A stretch of DNA of 64,000 nucleotides from a virus: IMG/VR virus record IMGVR_UViG_3300032267_001484, one strand, 5' to 3'. A model generated the notes under the pieces. It was not told the DNA's origin, did not search any database, and worked only from the letters and a program-made list of their open reading frames with translations. The position numbers and the translations under genes were made by a program. Position 1 is the stretch's first letter; each line of letters opens with the position of its first letter. Positions 11,039 to 18,343 of this stretch are shown in pieces.

Positions 11039-11156
11039 AATTTCTATTTTTGTTTCCTACCGCCGGCGCCGTTTCTTCCATTCCCCTAATCTACCAACCG
11101 AACCGTAGGCTCAATATACCAAAAAAACTTTAACCTTCCAAATATTTTTTTAATAA

Positions 11157-11684
11157 TTACAAACCACCACTCATCTTACCACTAATTGCTTTCTTCAAAT
11201 CATTTTTAATTTGAGCTTTTTCTTCTGGTGATTTAGCTGATTTTAAAGCCTTAATAAATGGGGTTAAAATAGCAGTACCAACACCTAAAAGTGCAGCTAC
11301 ACCAGCAATAAAGTTAGGATCATCAAGACCACCTACAGCTTCATCTAGTGTTTTCTTTTTGTCTTCAACTTTCTTTTTTTCTTTTAATTCTTGAAGAATC
11401 ATTTCTTTCAATTCGCTTTTAGTTAAGTTATTGTTTTTCATTTTTTTAGTTGTATTTGTTTTTAATTCTTTTAATTTAGTAATTGCAGGTGACTGACGTA
11501 ACATAGCTTTTATTTGTTTAACATCGTCCGGATTAGGTACATCGAATGTAAACCATTTTATTGTTTTACCTCCACGGGTATCAGTCCCATTTTTCATATT
11601 TTGGGTATCAACCTTTATCCCTAATTTTTCCAGCTTATTAATGAATGCTGCTTTATCTTCTGCTTTGATTTTAAATGTTGCCAT
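11157..11684 (-). CDS. basic hypothetical protein, possibly an internal head protein
   Basis: Start set at MATFK just after an ATATTTAT box; LTKSELKEMILQEL motif. Confidence 0.5.
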   Translation of the reverse strand: MATFKIKAEDKAAFINKLEKLGIKVDTQNMKNGTDTRGGKTIKWFTFDVPNPDDVKQIKAMLRQSPAITKLKELKTNTTKKMKNNNLTKSELKEMILQELKEKKKVEDKKKTLDEAVGGLDDPNFIAGVAALLGVGTAILTPFIKALKSAKSPEEKAQIKNDLKKAISGKMSGGL

Positions 11685-11748
11685 ACCAATAAATATTGCC
11701 AATGCATTGCCTCCTACAATTCTCCTTCTATACGTATATACTTCTTTT

Positions 11749-11772
11749 GGCAGAAAAAATATTTTATATTTC
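11749..11772 (+). promoter_or_regulatory. GGCA-N12-TATATTTC promoter
   Basis: Same bipartite motif as the minus-strand promoters, ending 4 nt before the ATG at 11777. Confidence 0.6.
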
Positions 11773-11776
11773 CTCT

Positions 11777-12325
11777 ATGAGCGAGTTTATAAGAATTCCT
11801 GTTGAGGAAATGCAATATTATATCAAACTAAAGCCAGGTGAGTATAAGAGGGCAACGCACTATACGCTTGTACCTTCATCCGACATGCCCGAAGGTTGGG
11901 AAGATGTTATTTATTTAGCTCAACCATTAACCGATTCATCCGGGGGTATTCGCCCACGAGAATACATCTATATTTTAGTTAATCGTTCAATTCCCAATAT
12001 GGTTAAAATTGGGATGACTACCCGTACTGTAGAAGAACGCGCTCGTGAAATTAGTAAAGCGACTGGTGTTCCTACACCGTGGATTCCTGTTTACTCATTC
12101 CCGTGTTATGCATCTGGAATTCTTGAGCGTCGTATTCATGAGCACCTGAGACAATACCGTGTAAATGAAGATAAAGAAATGTTTAGTGTTACATCAAATA
12201 TTGCTCAAGCTATAATTGAGGATTTGGGTAGGGATTTCACTAATATTTTGTTGGCGGAATCGATTGAACGCAACTCCCACTTAGAATCGCCTGTTGATAC
12301 TGTTCCAACGTCAAACCGTAGCTAG
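11777..12325 (+). CDS. GIY-YIG family nuclease (T5orf172/MUG113-like)
   Basis: YIYILVN..PNMVKIGMT.RTVEERAREIS.ATGVPTPW...LERRIHEHL...EMF; start moved to 11777 on the basis of the promoter. Confidence 0.85.
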   Translation: MSEFIRIPVEEMQYYIKLKPGEYKRATHYTLVPSSDMPEGWEDVIYLAQPLTDSSGGIRPREYIYILVNRSIPNMVKIGMTTRTVEERAREISKATGVPTPWIPVYSFPCYASGILERRIHEHLRQYRVNEDKEMFSVTSNIAQAIIEDLGRDFTNILLAESIERNSHLESPVDTVPTSNRS

Positions 12326-12474
12326 TTGCTTCGGCCTGACGTTGTTTTAATATATATTCTTCAAACGCCTCTTTTGTTAGAAGTAAATCGTCTTGTATAT
12401 ACTTTTTCATACGCAAAAGAGGTTGTTAAAAAAGATCTTTGACATATTGCAAAGTTTCTCAAAAAGGGGTTAAA

Positions 12475-12777
12475 CTATTTTTCGTTATCGCGTTTTGGGA
12501 ACGTACGAATAGGAGACTGGGATGATTTAGGTCTTGGTGCAGACGGAGGTGCAGTAGGACCGAATGCGTTTCTTCTTGGTTCCTGGATGACACGCACCTT
12601 TGGTTGACGAGGCACAACAATAATAGTTTGTGGGCGTGTATAATAGTAATGGGGGTAGCCATATATGGGGTCCCAATAAAAACGCGGTTGAGGCGCCGAA
12701 TTAACGCGTACTTCGTCATACACATAGCAGCTACTGAATCCAATTGCTAGTAGAAGAGTGAGCAGATATCGTTTCAT
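12475..12777 (-). CDS. proline/arginine-rich lipoprotein
   Basis: Signal peptide MKRYLLTLLLAIGFSS-C with lipobox. Confidence 0.65.
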   Translation of the reverse strand: MKRYLLTLLLAIGFSSCYVYDEVRVNSAPQPRFYWDPIYGYPHYYYTRPQTIIVVPRQPKVRVIQEPRRNAFGPTAPPSAPRPKSSQSPIRTFPKRDNEK

Positions 12778-12885
12778 ATTTGTGTTATTTGTAATAAATA
12801 TTGTGGATTTGGGTAAGATATATGCGTATATATTGTCGATGGGTAAAAATTGTGTGTGAGTTGTGAATACATATCCCTTTTTTTA

Positions 12886-13006
12886 CGCCGACACCGGCCC
12901 GTCGATGGACCGCGGTTGGCGTGGGAGCAGATCGCGATCATCCCGCTATCGGATCGCTATCGACCGCGGGCGGTCCGCCATCAACCGATGGCACCCCGCG
13001 ATCAAC
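12886..13006. other. GC-rich intergenic island dense in palindromes
   Basis: Contains CCGCGG x2, GATCGCGATC, GATC x4, TCGA x2, CCGG, GGCC, a CGCTATCG direct repeat and the hairpin GCCATC-AACC-GATGGC. Confidence 0.7.
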
Positions 13007-13011
13007 ATAAT

Positions 13012-13257
13012 CTACTCATCCTCAAACAACCGCCCGTTTACCACCTGGTACTGGTTTCCGTCCTCATCTTCCCACACATCATCAGTTACATTCATTATCT
13101 CACTGGTTGCCTGGTTATCCAGCTCACTTACCCAGCACTCGAACATCTCCTTGAATGTGAGATCTGATTGCCACATACGGGTAATGATAGTCCACTTAGC
13201 GAACTCGATTGCCATCTGCTTACTTGCCTCGTTGTTGATCATATAATTCATACTCAT
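13012..13257 (-). CDS. small acidic hypothetical protein
   Basis: Own promoter (GGCA-N12-TATATTCA at about 13271-13294). Confidence 0.6.
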   Translation of the reverse strand: MSMNYMINNEASKQMAIEFAKWTIITRMWQSDLTFKEMFECWVSELDNQATSEIMNVTDDVWEDEDGNQYQVVNGRLFEDE

Positions 13258-13329
13258 TAATTTTATAACGTGAATATAAGGACGGGGCGTTGCCCCGTCA
13301 CATTAATTACTCGATATGGTGTTTATATT

Positions 13330-13566
13330 CTAATAATGCAGTTTAACATATTGGTCTAACCAGTTATCATGGTCTTCCATCTCGTAGACATCGTCTGTCA
13401 TCTCTAATATGGCGCTCACACTCATCACTTCCTCGATCGCCCACCCATTATCGTCTGCAATGGTGTAGAATGTGGCTTCGGCATCGAGGTGATCTTCACC
13501 TATAACGGTAATCATTCCGAATTCATTGTCTGCTGTCTTGTAACTGATAACATAATTGTTGTTCAT
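13330..13566 (-). CDS. small acidic hypothetical protein
   Basis: Start placed at MNNNYV after an A-rich leader and TAAATTTA box; the track's GTG extension overlaps another gene. Confidence 0.6.
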   Translation of the reverse strand: MNNNYVISYKTADNEFGMITVIGEDHLDAEATFYTIADDNGWAIEEVMSVSAILEMTDDVYEMEDHDNWLDQYVKLHY

Positions 13567-13615
13567 ATTTTTAATTTTTATTATAATTAAATTTACGGTT
13601 GGGATTCTGATCGGC

Positions 13616-13753
13616 CTAATAATCGTCGCCTCCATTCTCATAACAGCGCTCACACATACCTCTAACTACGGTACCCGCGCCTACGTTCCTACAATTACGT
13701 CCGCACACTTTACATCTCACATAACTCACTAACTGTCTAACTAACTTAATCAT
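13616..13753 (-). CDS. 45-aa zinc-finger protein (CxxC...CxxC)
   Basis: Hand translation MIKLVRQLVSYVRCKVCGRNCRNVGAGTVVRGMCERCYENGGDDY*; own promoter GTCA-N12-TATATTCA upstream. Confidence 0.6.
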   Translation of the reverse strand: MIKLVRQLVSYVRCKVCGRNCRNVGAGTVVRGMCERCYENGGDDY

Positions 13754-13809
13754 ACTATCTAATTTTATAGGGTGAATATACGAGGCCGGTTTTGACCGGC
13801 CCCGTTTTA

Positions 13810-13932
13810 CTATCTGAATAATTTATTCTTTTTAGGTAATATGGATTCAACTATTATTACTATAGCTCCCATATACACTACTACTGCACCTACGATCTGG
13901 ATTGTCTGGATTACTGATTCAAATGTTGTCAT
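13810..13932 (-). CDS. 40-aa single-TM micro-protein
   Basis: MTTFESVIQTIQIVGAVVVYMGAIVIIVESILPKKNKLFR*; A-rich leader and promoter box upstream. Confidence 0.5.
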   Translation of the reverse strand: MTTFESVIQTIQIVGAVVVYMGAIVIIVESILPKKNKLFR

Positions 13933-13969
13933 GTGTTTTGATTTTTAATTGTGAGATGAAAGTAGGCGA

Positions 13970-14140
13970 TCAATTCTGATCGCCCACTTCCGCTTCATTA
14001 TTTATTTTTACTATTTCATCCCAAATTCTATCACTCAATCTATCCAACTCCTCATTACTCATAAACTTCACTCCCTCATCCATCCTTACCCTACCAACAC
14101 AATAATATAAATCATTTAATTCCTTAATACTTAAATTCAT
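13970..14140 (-). CDS. small acidic protein, C-less cassette gene 5
   Basis: MNLSIKEL...; C-containing codons occur only in the last few codons; own promoter at 14155-14178. Confidence 0.65.
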   Translation of the reverse strand: MNLSIKELNDLYYCVGRVRMDEGVKFMSNEELDRLSDRIWDEIVKINNEAEVGDQN

Positions 14141-14153
14141 AATCTTAATTTTT

Positions 14154-14180
14154 ATAAATATACACAATTAATTATAACAA
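14154..14180 (-). repeat. 27-bp promoter repeat, identical to 15188-15214
   Basis: ataaatatacacaattaattataacaa at both sites; a near-identical copy starts at 14395. Confidence 0.85.
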
Positions 14181-14188
14181 AACAAATA

Positions 14189-14380
14189 TTAAACATATAA
14201 TATTCCCCACTTTATTATTCTTCCTCCCTCTAATTCAACTTCTCCACTATCACCACAAGTCTCATACTCACCAAAATCTAAATCTTTATCCTCACTCAAA
14301 AACATTCCAACTCCATCATCATTAAACTCAATAAATATACCTTCAAAATCTAATACTTCCTTACCATCTAATATTCTCAT
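14189..14380 (-). CDS. small acidic protein, C-less cassette gene 4
   Basis: 63 aa, D/E-rich; a single C in the whole CDS (Thr codon ACT). Confidence 0.65.
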   Translation of the reverse strand: MRILDGKEVLDFEGIFIEFNDDGVGMFLSEDKDLDFGEYETCGDSGEVELEGGRIIKWGILYV

Positions 14381-14441
14381 ATAATTTAATTTATATAAAT
14401 ATACATAATTAATTCTAACAATTAAAATTTATTTTAAATTT

Positions 14442-14591
14442 CTACCTCACTATTACTTCACAATCCTCATAAATTTTAATCATCCCCTCCTCTAAACTTA
14501 TTTCTCCTCCATACCATTCACTCACAAATTTCTCTAAATTATCTACTTCATAATAATCTCCATAACAATCAATAACAATAAATTTACTCAT
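14442..14591 (-). CDS. 49-aa acidic protein, C-less cassette gene 3
   Basis: Hand translation MSKFIVIDCYGDYYEVDNLEKFVSEWYGGEISLEEGMIKIYEDCEVIVR*; own promoter; no C in the CDS. Confidence 0.6.
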   Translation of the reverse strand: MSKFIVIDCYGDYYEVDNLEKFVSEWYGGEISLEEGMIKIYEDCEVIVR

Positions 14592-14634
14592 AATTTTTAA
14601 TTTGGATGAATATACATAATTAATTTTAACTAAA

Positions 14635-14817
14635 CTAATTATTTATTATATAATTATATATTTCATCTACTTCTTTACCACTTAACATCCACAATTTTTC
14701 ATCTAATCTACTTCTTTTCATTTTAAATTCTTCACCATCAACTTCAACTACTCTTTCAACTTCATTCAACACATTTTCATCATCACTAATAATCACTTTC
14801 ATTTTTACTTTAATCAT
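14635..14817 (-). CDS. small protein, C-less cassette gene 2
   Basis: 60 aa with no A/P/T/Q/H; own promoter GTCA-N12-TATATTTA. Confidence 0.65.
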   Translation of the reverse strand: MIKVKMKVIISDDENVLNEVERVVEVDGEEFKMKRSRLDEKLWMLSGKEVDEIYNYIINN

Positions 14818-14876
14818 AATTTATAATTTTTAATTAATTAAATATACATGTTTAATTCTGACTAATCAAATTTAAC

Positions 14877-15173
14877 TTATAAATTAAATAAAATCATATA
14901 ACATTCTTTATCTTTAATCTTTATTTTCTTATATACTTCATCTTCTTTTATTCTACTTTTATCTTCAACAATACTATATCCTAATTCAACACCACCATCT
15001 TCACCAACTCCATAATAACCTCCAAAACCATCACTTTCAAACTTATAAATACTATTAATCTCATCTCTTAATTCATCTTCTTCATCTTCTTCTTCATCAA
15101 CAAATCTTTTTATTAAAATATTCTTAATTTCACTAACATTTTCTTTCAAAAAACTTTTAAACATTTTATTCAT
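14877..15173 (-). CDS. acidic protein, C-less cassette gene 1
   Basis: 98 aa with a DEEEDEEDE run, no A/P/T/Q/H and no C in the CDS. Confidence 0.7.
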   Translation of the reverse strand: MNKMFKSFLKENVSEIKNILIKRFVDEEEDEEDELRDEINSIYKFESDGFGGYYGVGEDGGVELGYSIVEDKSRIKEDEVYKKIKIKDKECYMILFNL

Positions 15174-15293
15174 ATCTTTTAATTTAAATAAATATACACA
15201 ATTAATTATAACAATAAAAATTTATTTTAAATTATTTTATATTATTTTTTAAATTTTAAAGTGTGGAGGAGGAGGAAGGAGGGGGTCCCAGAT

Positions 15294-15321
15294 AAAAGAG
15301 CCCCGGGTAGAAACCCAGGGC
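15294..15321 (-). terminator. intrinsic terminator upstream of the C-less cassette
   Basis: GCCCTGGGT-TTCT-ACCCGGGGC followed by TCTTTT. Confidence 0.7.
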
Positions 15322-15347
15322 GTAACCATTAAAAATTAAAAGTATGA

Positions 15348-15542
15348 CTAGCTCATTGAAATATATTTGAAATGTTCTGATATTAATTTTGGAGTAAAAT
15401 TCAACTCAGTCCCACTACACCACCCAAAAATACCCTCCAGGTAAATCATTCCTTCCTCTACATCAACTATCTTTACTACATCACCCTGGAGTAATACTAA
15501 ATTCTCATTTGTTGCGTAACCTTTAATACATTCTAATCTCAT
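15348..15542 (-). CDS. small protein, possibly SH3-like fold
   Basis: CIKGY..ENLVLLQGDVVKIVD pattern loosely resembles SH3; own promoter. Confidence 0.5.
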   Translation of the reverse strand: MRLECIKGYATNENLVLLQGDVVKIVDVEEGMIYLEGIFGWCSGTELNFTPKLISEHFKYISMS

Positions 15543-15575
15543 ACGTTTTAATTTTATAGGTTGAATATATGAAAA

Positions 15576-15797
15576 TTATTTTGACAATCCCATACTTGGT
15601 GTCATATAAATTCCATATCTGGTGCCTGCGGAGAAAATCTCAAGTATATCAAATGGGCTAGAAACAGTCATTTCGAATTTAACAAACACCTCATCTCGTT
15701 CATCTACCTCTCTGGAAATCACCTTAATCTTCTTCTCATCATAATACTTAAGCAGGCTCTCAAACCGATCAGCTAACATCATTACTGTGTGTGTCAT
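15576..15797 (-). CDS. hypothetical protein
   Basis: Own promoter (GTCA-N12-TACATTTA). Confidence 0.55.
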   Translation of the reverse strand: MTHTVMMLADRFESLLKYYDEKKIKVISREVDERDEVFVKFEMTVSSPFDILEIFSAGTRYGIYMTPSMGLSK

Positions 15798-15837
15798 ATA
15801 CTTTAATTTTTAATTATACCTAAATGTATGTAAAAAA

Positions 15838-16017
15838 CTATGACCAAAAAACAGCTCTATTAGTCAATCGTCTACCGAAATTCACTGACGAAAACCAGAT
15901 AGAAAAATCTGGCTGGTTCTCTGGAGTAGTGGTCTTGAATGATGGAAGAGGAATAGACTCACCTTTAACTCGAACACCGAATAAAAACTCAATCATGTAA
16001 TTAATAAGTAAATTCAT
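15838..16017 (-). CDS. hypothetical protein
   Basis: Start moved to MNLLINY after the A-rich leader. Confidence 0.5.
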   Translation of the reverse strand: MNLLINYMIEFLFGVRVKGESIPLPSFKTTTPENQPDFSIWFSSVNFGRRLTNRAVFWS

Positions 16018-16044
16018 AGCTTTTAATTTGGATAAATGTACTGT

Positions 16045-16080
16045 AAAAAAAACCGCCATCCAAAAAACTCTGGATGGCGG
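16045..16080 (-). terminator. intrinsic terminator
   Basis: CCGCCATCCA...TGGATGGCGG followed by T8. Confidence 0.85.
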
Positions 16081-16088
16081 CTCTAGGC

Positions 16089-16373
16089 TCAGGCTTCAGC
16101 AGCTACTTCGGTAGCCACTTTCTCTACCTTCGGGCGACCTCTCTTGATAGACTCACCAGCTGCAATCTTAGCTGCTTGCGCTGCAAGCTTAGCTTGACGA
16201 GCACTGGTTTCTACTGCTGGACGACCCCTTTTAACTTCACCACCTGCTGCTACACGAGCTGCTCTGGCTGCAAGGCGCATCTGGCGAGCTGAATTCTCTA
16301 CTACTGGACGGCCTTTAGACTTTACTACTTCTACTGTCTCAACTGTCTCAACTGAATTGTTTTGTTTTTTCAT
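16089..16373 (-). CDS. AT-hook repeat DNA-binding protein
   Basis: Three GRP motifs (KGRP, KRGRP x2) separated by about 29-aa Ala/Arg helical repeats; likely start MKKQNN after a promoter at about 16400-16424; frame is open back to 16469. Confidence 0.7.
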   Translation of the reverse strand: MKKQNNSVETVETVEVVKSKGRPVVENSARQMRLAARAARVAAGGEVKRGRPAVETSARQAKLAAQAAKIAAGESIKRGRPKVEKVATEVAAEA

Positions 16374-16653
16374 AACCTGTTTTTTATTATTTGTGTGATG
16401 TGAATGTACGACTTTATTTTGCCCGGACTCCGCCTGTTTTTGATTAGAAAAAATTTTATTTGTGTTCATGCGTTTTAATTTTATAGCGTAAATATACTAT
16501 AAAAAACCCGGACTAACAAAAAAACTATGGTGTTGTTGGGGCAAGTTAGACGCGTACATTCACGTTGTCACTTGCGAGAGCGGTTAAGACGGGCTGGAAT
16601 GTATTCCTGGAGCTGAATCAGAGGTAGGTTCCTCCACCCCCCCCCCCCGGTAT

Positions 16654-16690
16654 AAAAAAAAAGAGGCGGAACCTAGACAGATCCCACCTC
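16654..16690 (-). terminator. intrinsic terminator
   Basis: GAGGTGGGATCT-GTCT-AGGTTCCGCCTC followed by T9. Confidence 0.8.
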
Positions 16691-16708
16691 ACCATACACT
16701 ATTATTTT

Positions 16709-16915
16709 CTAATTCGCTGGGGCAAACATTTGTCTCATCCCATTAACATAATTATTATACTCATCTCTACCCATATCACCCATCAATTCTTCCTTCACCT
16801 TCCAATACTGCTCCACAAGGGCGTTCTTAACCACCTGATTATAATCACCCTTATCTATTTCCCAATTCAAATTAACTAAATCACTAAATAACTGATGTTG
16901 GTAACCTGTTAACAT
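16709..16915 (-). CDS. hypothetical protein
   Basis: Start at MLTGYQ after the promoter and leader. Confidence 0.6.
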   Translation of the reverse strand: MLTGYQHQLFSDLVNLNWEIDKGDYNQVVKNALVEQYWKVKEELMGDMGRDEYNNYVNGMRQMFAPAN

Positions 16916-16948
16916 ACGTTTTAATTTTATAGTGTGAATATAAAACAC

Positions 16949-17581
16949 TTACTTTGCTCGTTTCGGCCTACCTCGCTTACCACCCGATCGTTTGGTTTGA
17001 GCCGCCTTAGCTGCCTCACGGGCTGCCTTCTGATCCTCACTCAACGCCGGACGCCCCCTTCGTCCACCAGTGCTGGCTGGTTTAACAACCACCACTTTGT
17101 TTGGGTTAGCCGGACGCCCCCGCCTACCACCGGAACGAACCTTCGATTCCGCTTTGGCTGTGTCTCTGAGAGCCTTCTCAGCAGGATCAAGCGCTGGGCG
17201 TCCGCGTCTACCAGTTGTTGGTTTATTCTCCTTACCTATCTTCTTCATATTACGCTCACGCTTCTTCGCTTGCTTCTCCGCTCTACGAGCCATCTTATCC
17301 AACATCTTCTTGTGATGGAGTACCTGGGGGTGGATAATAACCTGATCCAGATCATACGAACGAATACCTCCATTTATGTCGACAACCTCGTACCCACCGT
17401 TGGGAAATGTTCGTTTATCACCTGGGGCGTATGCTGCCTTCAACTCAAAATATAACTTCTTGTCGTAAAAAAATGGTGCTGGGAGCACACGCATACCCTT
17501 CTCCGTCGGTATAAAAATCTCCTCCACCTCGTCGTATACGAGGTATTTACCATATTGCCAATCTTTTTCTATTACTTTCAT
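16949..17581 (-). CDS. protein with four C-terminal AT-hooks
   Basis: GRRGRP x3 and GKRGRP in a basic tail; globular N-terminal domain. Confidence 0.75.
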   Translation of the reverse strand: MKVIEKDWQYGKYLVYDEVEEIFIPTEKGMRVLPAPFFYDKKLYFELKAAYAPGDKRTFPNGGYEVVDINGGIRSYDLDQVIIHPQVLHHKKMLDKMARRAEKQAKKRERNMKKIGKENKPTTGRRGRPALDPAEKALRDTAKAESKVRSGGRRGRPANPNKVVVVKPASTGGRRGRPALSEDQKAAREAAKAAQTKRSGGKRGRPKRAK

Positions 17582-17627
17582 AACCTTTAATTTGAATGAA
17601 TATACGAAAAAAATTATGACAAAAAAA

Positions 17628-17708
17628 CTACTTACGTGCGTTGTGGGAGCGGATGATATTTTCGTTGATGGCCCAAAGCATGATGATGATGACGATGAAA
17701 AAAACCAT
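17628..17708 (-). CDS. 26-aa hydrophobic micro-protein
   Basis: MVFFIVIIIMLWAINENIIRSHNARK*; TACATTCA box upstream. Confidence 0.4.
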   Translation of the reverse strand: MVFFIVIIIMLWAINENIIRSHNARK

Positions 17709-17746
17709 GTTATTTATTTTGATTGAATGTAGAAAAAAAACCTCGC

Positions 17747-17860
17747 CTACCCAAAATCTCCAGCGAGTAAAGCAAGACCAATCTTAACGATAAGAATCAA
17801 TACAAAAAATGCTACGACTAATTTAGCTAAATCCCAAACAAATTCGATGATGTATTTCAT
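17747..17860 (-). CDS. 37-aa TM micro-protein
   Basis: MKYIIEFVWDLAKLVVAFFVLILIVKIGLALLAGDFG*. Confidence 0.45.
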   Translation of the reverse strand: MKYIIEFVWDLAKLVVAFFVLILIVKIGLALLAGDFG

Positions 17861-18145
17861 ATCAATAAAAATTTATTGCTAATCAATAAACGTATATAGT
17901 CTATCAATAAAAAAAAAGTGGTGATCGGGCGGAGTTTTTCACCTAAATCACAACACCACATATCACATACTATACCTTATTCCACATACACGACTAATAC
18001 ATAACAAAACATTAATTACATTCACCATGTTTAATATCATATTACGTTTGTTTTCCACACTTGTGATTTAAAGCTAACAAAAAAACTTTGACATTCCTAG
18101 CGAAAAAAATACGCTTATTTGCGCAAAAAAAACTATAAACAACGA

Positions 18146-18343
18146 CTACTTACCCGATAATACAACAATCAATATAGCAAAAAGTAGCGCAGTAAAAACG
18201 CCGCTACTAAAAAAAAGCAACGCCGATGCTAAAAAATCTCGCTTCTCACCCGTTATACTACGTGTGAATATCCTATTATTATACAGTAGCATTCCAATTA
18301 ACCACGTCGTCCATCCAATTATACTCAATATCGTTACTATCAT
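18146..18343 (-). CDS. two-TM small membrane protein
   Basis: Two hydrophobic helices. Confidence 0.5.
   Translation of the reverse strand: MIVTILSIIGWTTWLIGMLLYNNRIFTRSITGEKRDFLASALLFFSSGVFTALLFAILIVVLSGK

Noticed and set aside
12850-13246. Plus-strand ORFs 12850-13167 and 12863-13246
   Set aside because: Likely by-products of the GC-rich island and antisense to a promoter-bearing minus-strand gene; no plus-strand promoter or leader seen.
14154-15233. Repeats separated by unique sequence as a CRISPR array
   Set aside because: The repeats are promoter copies, and the intervening 200-350 nt are ORFs of variable length.
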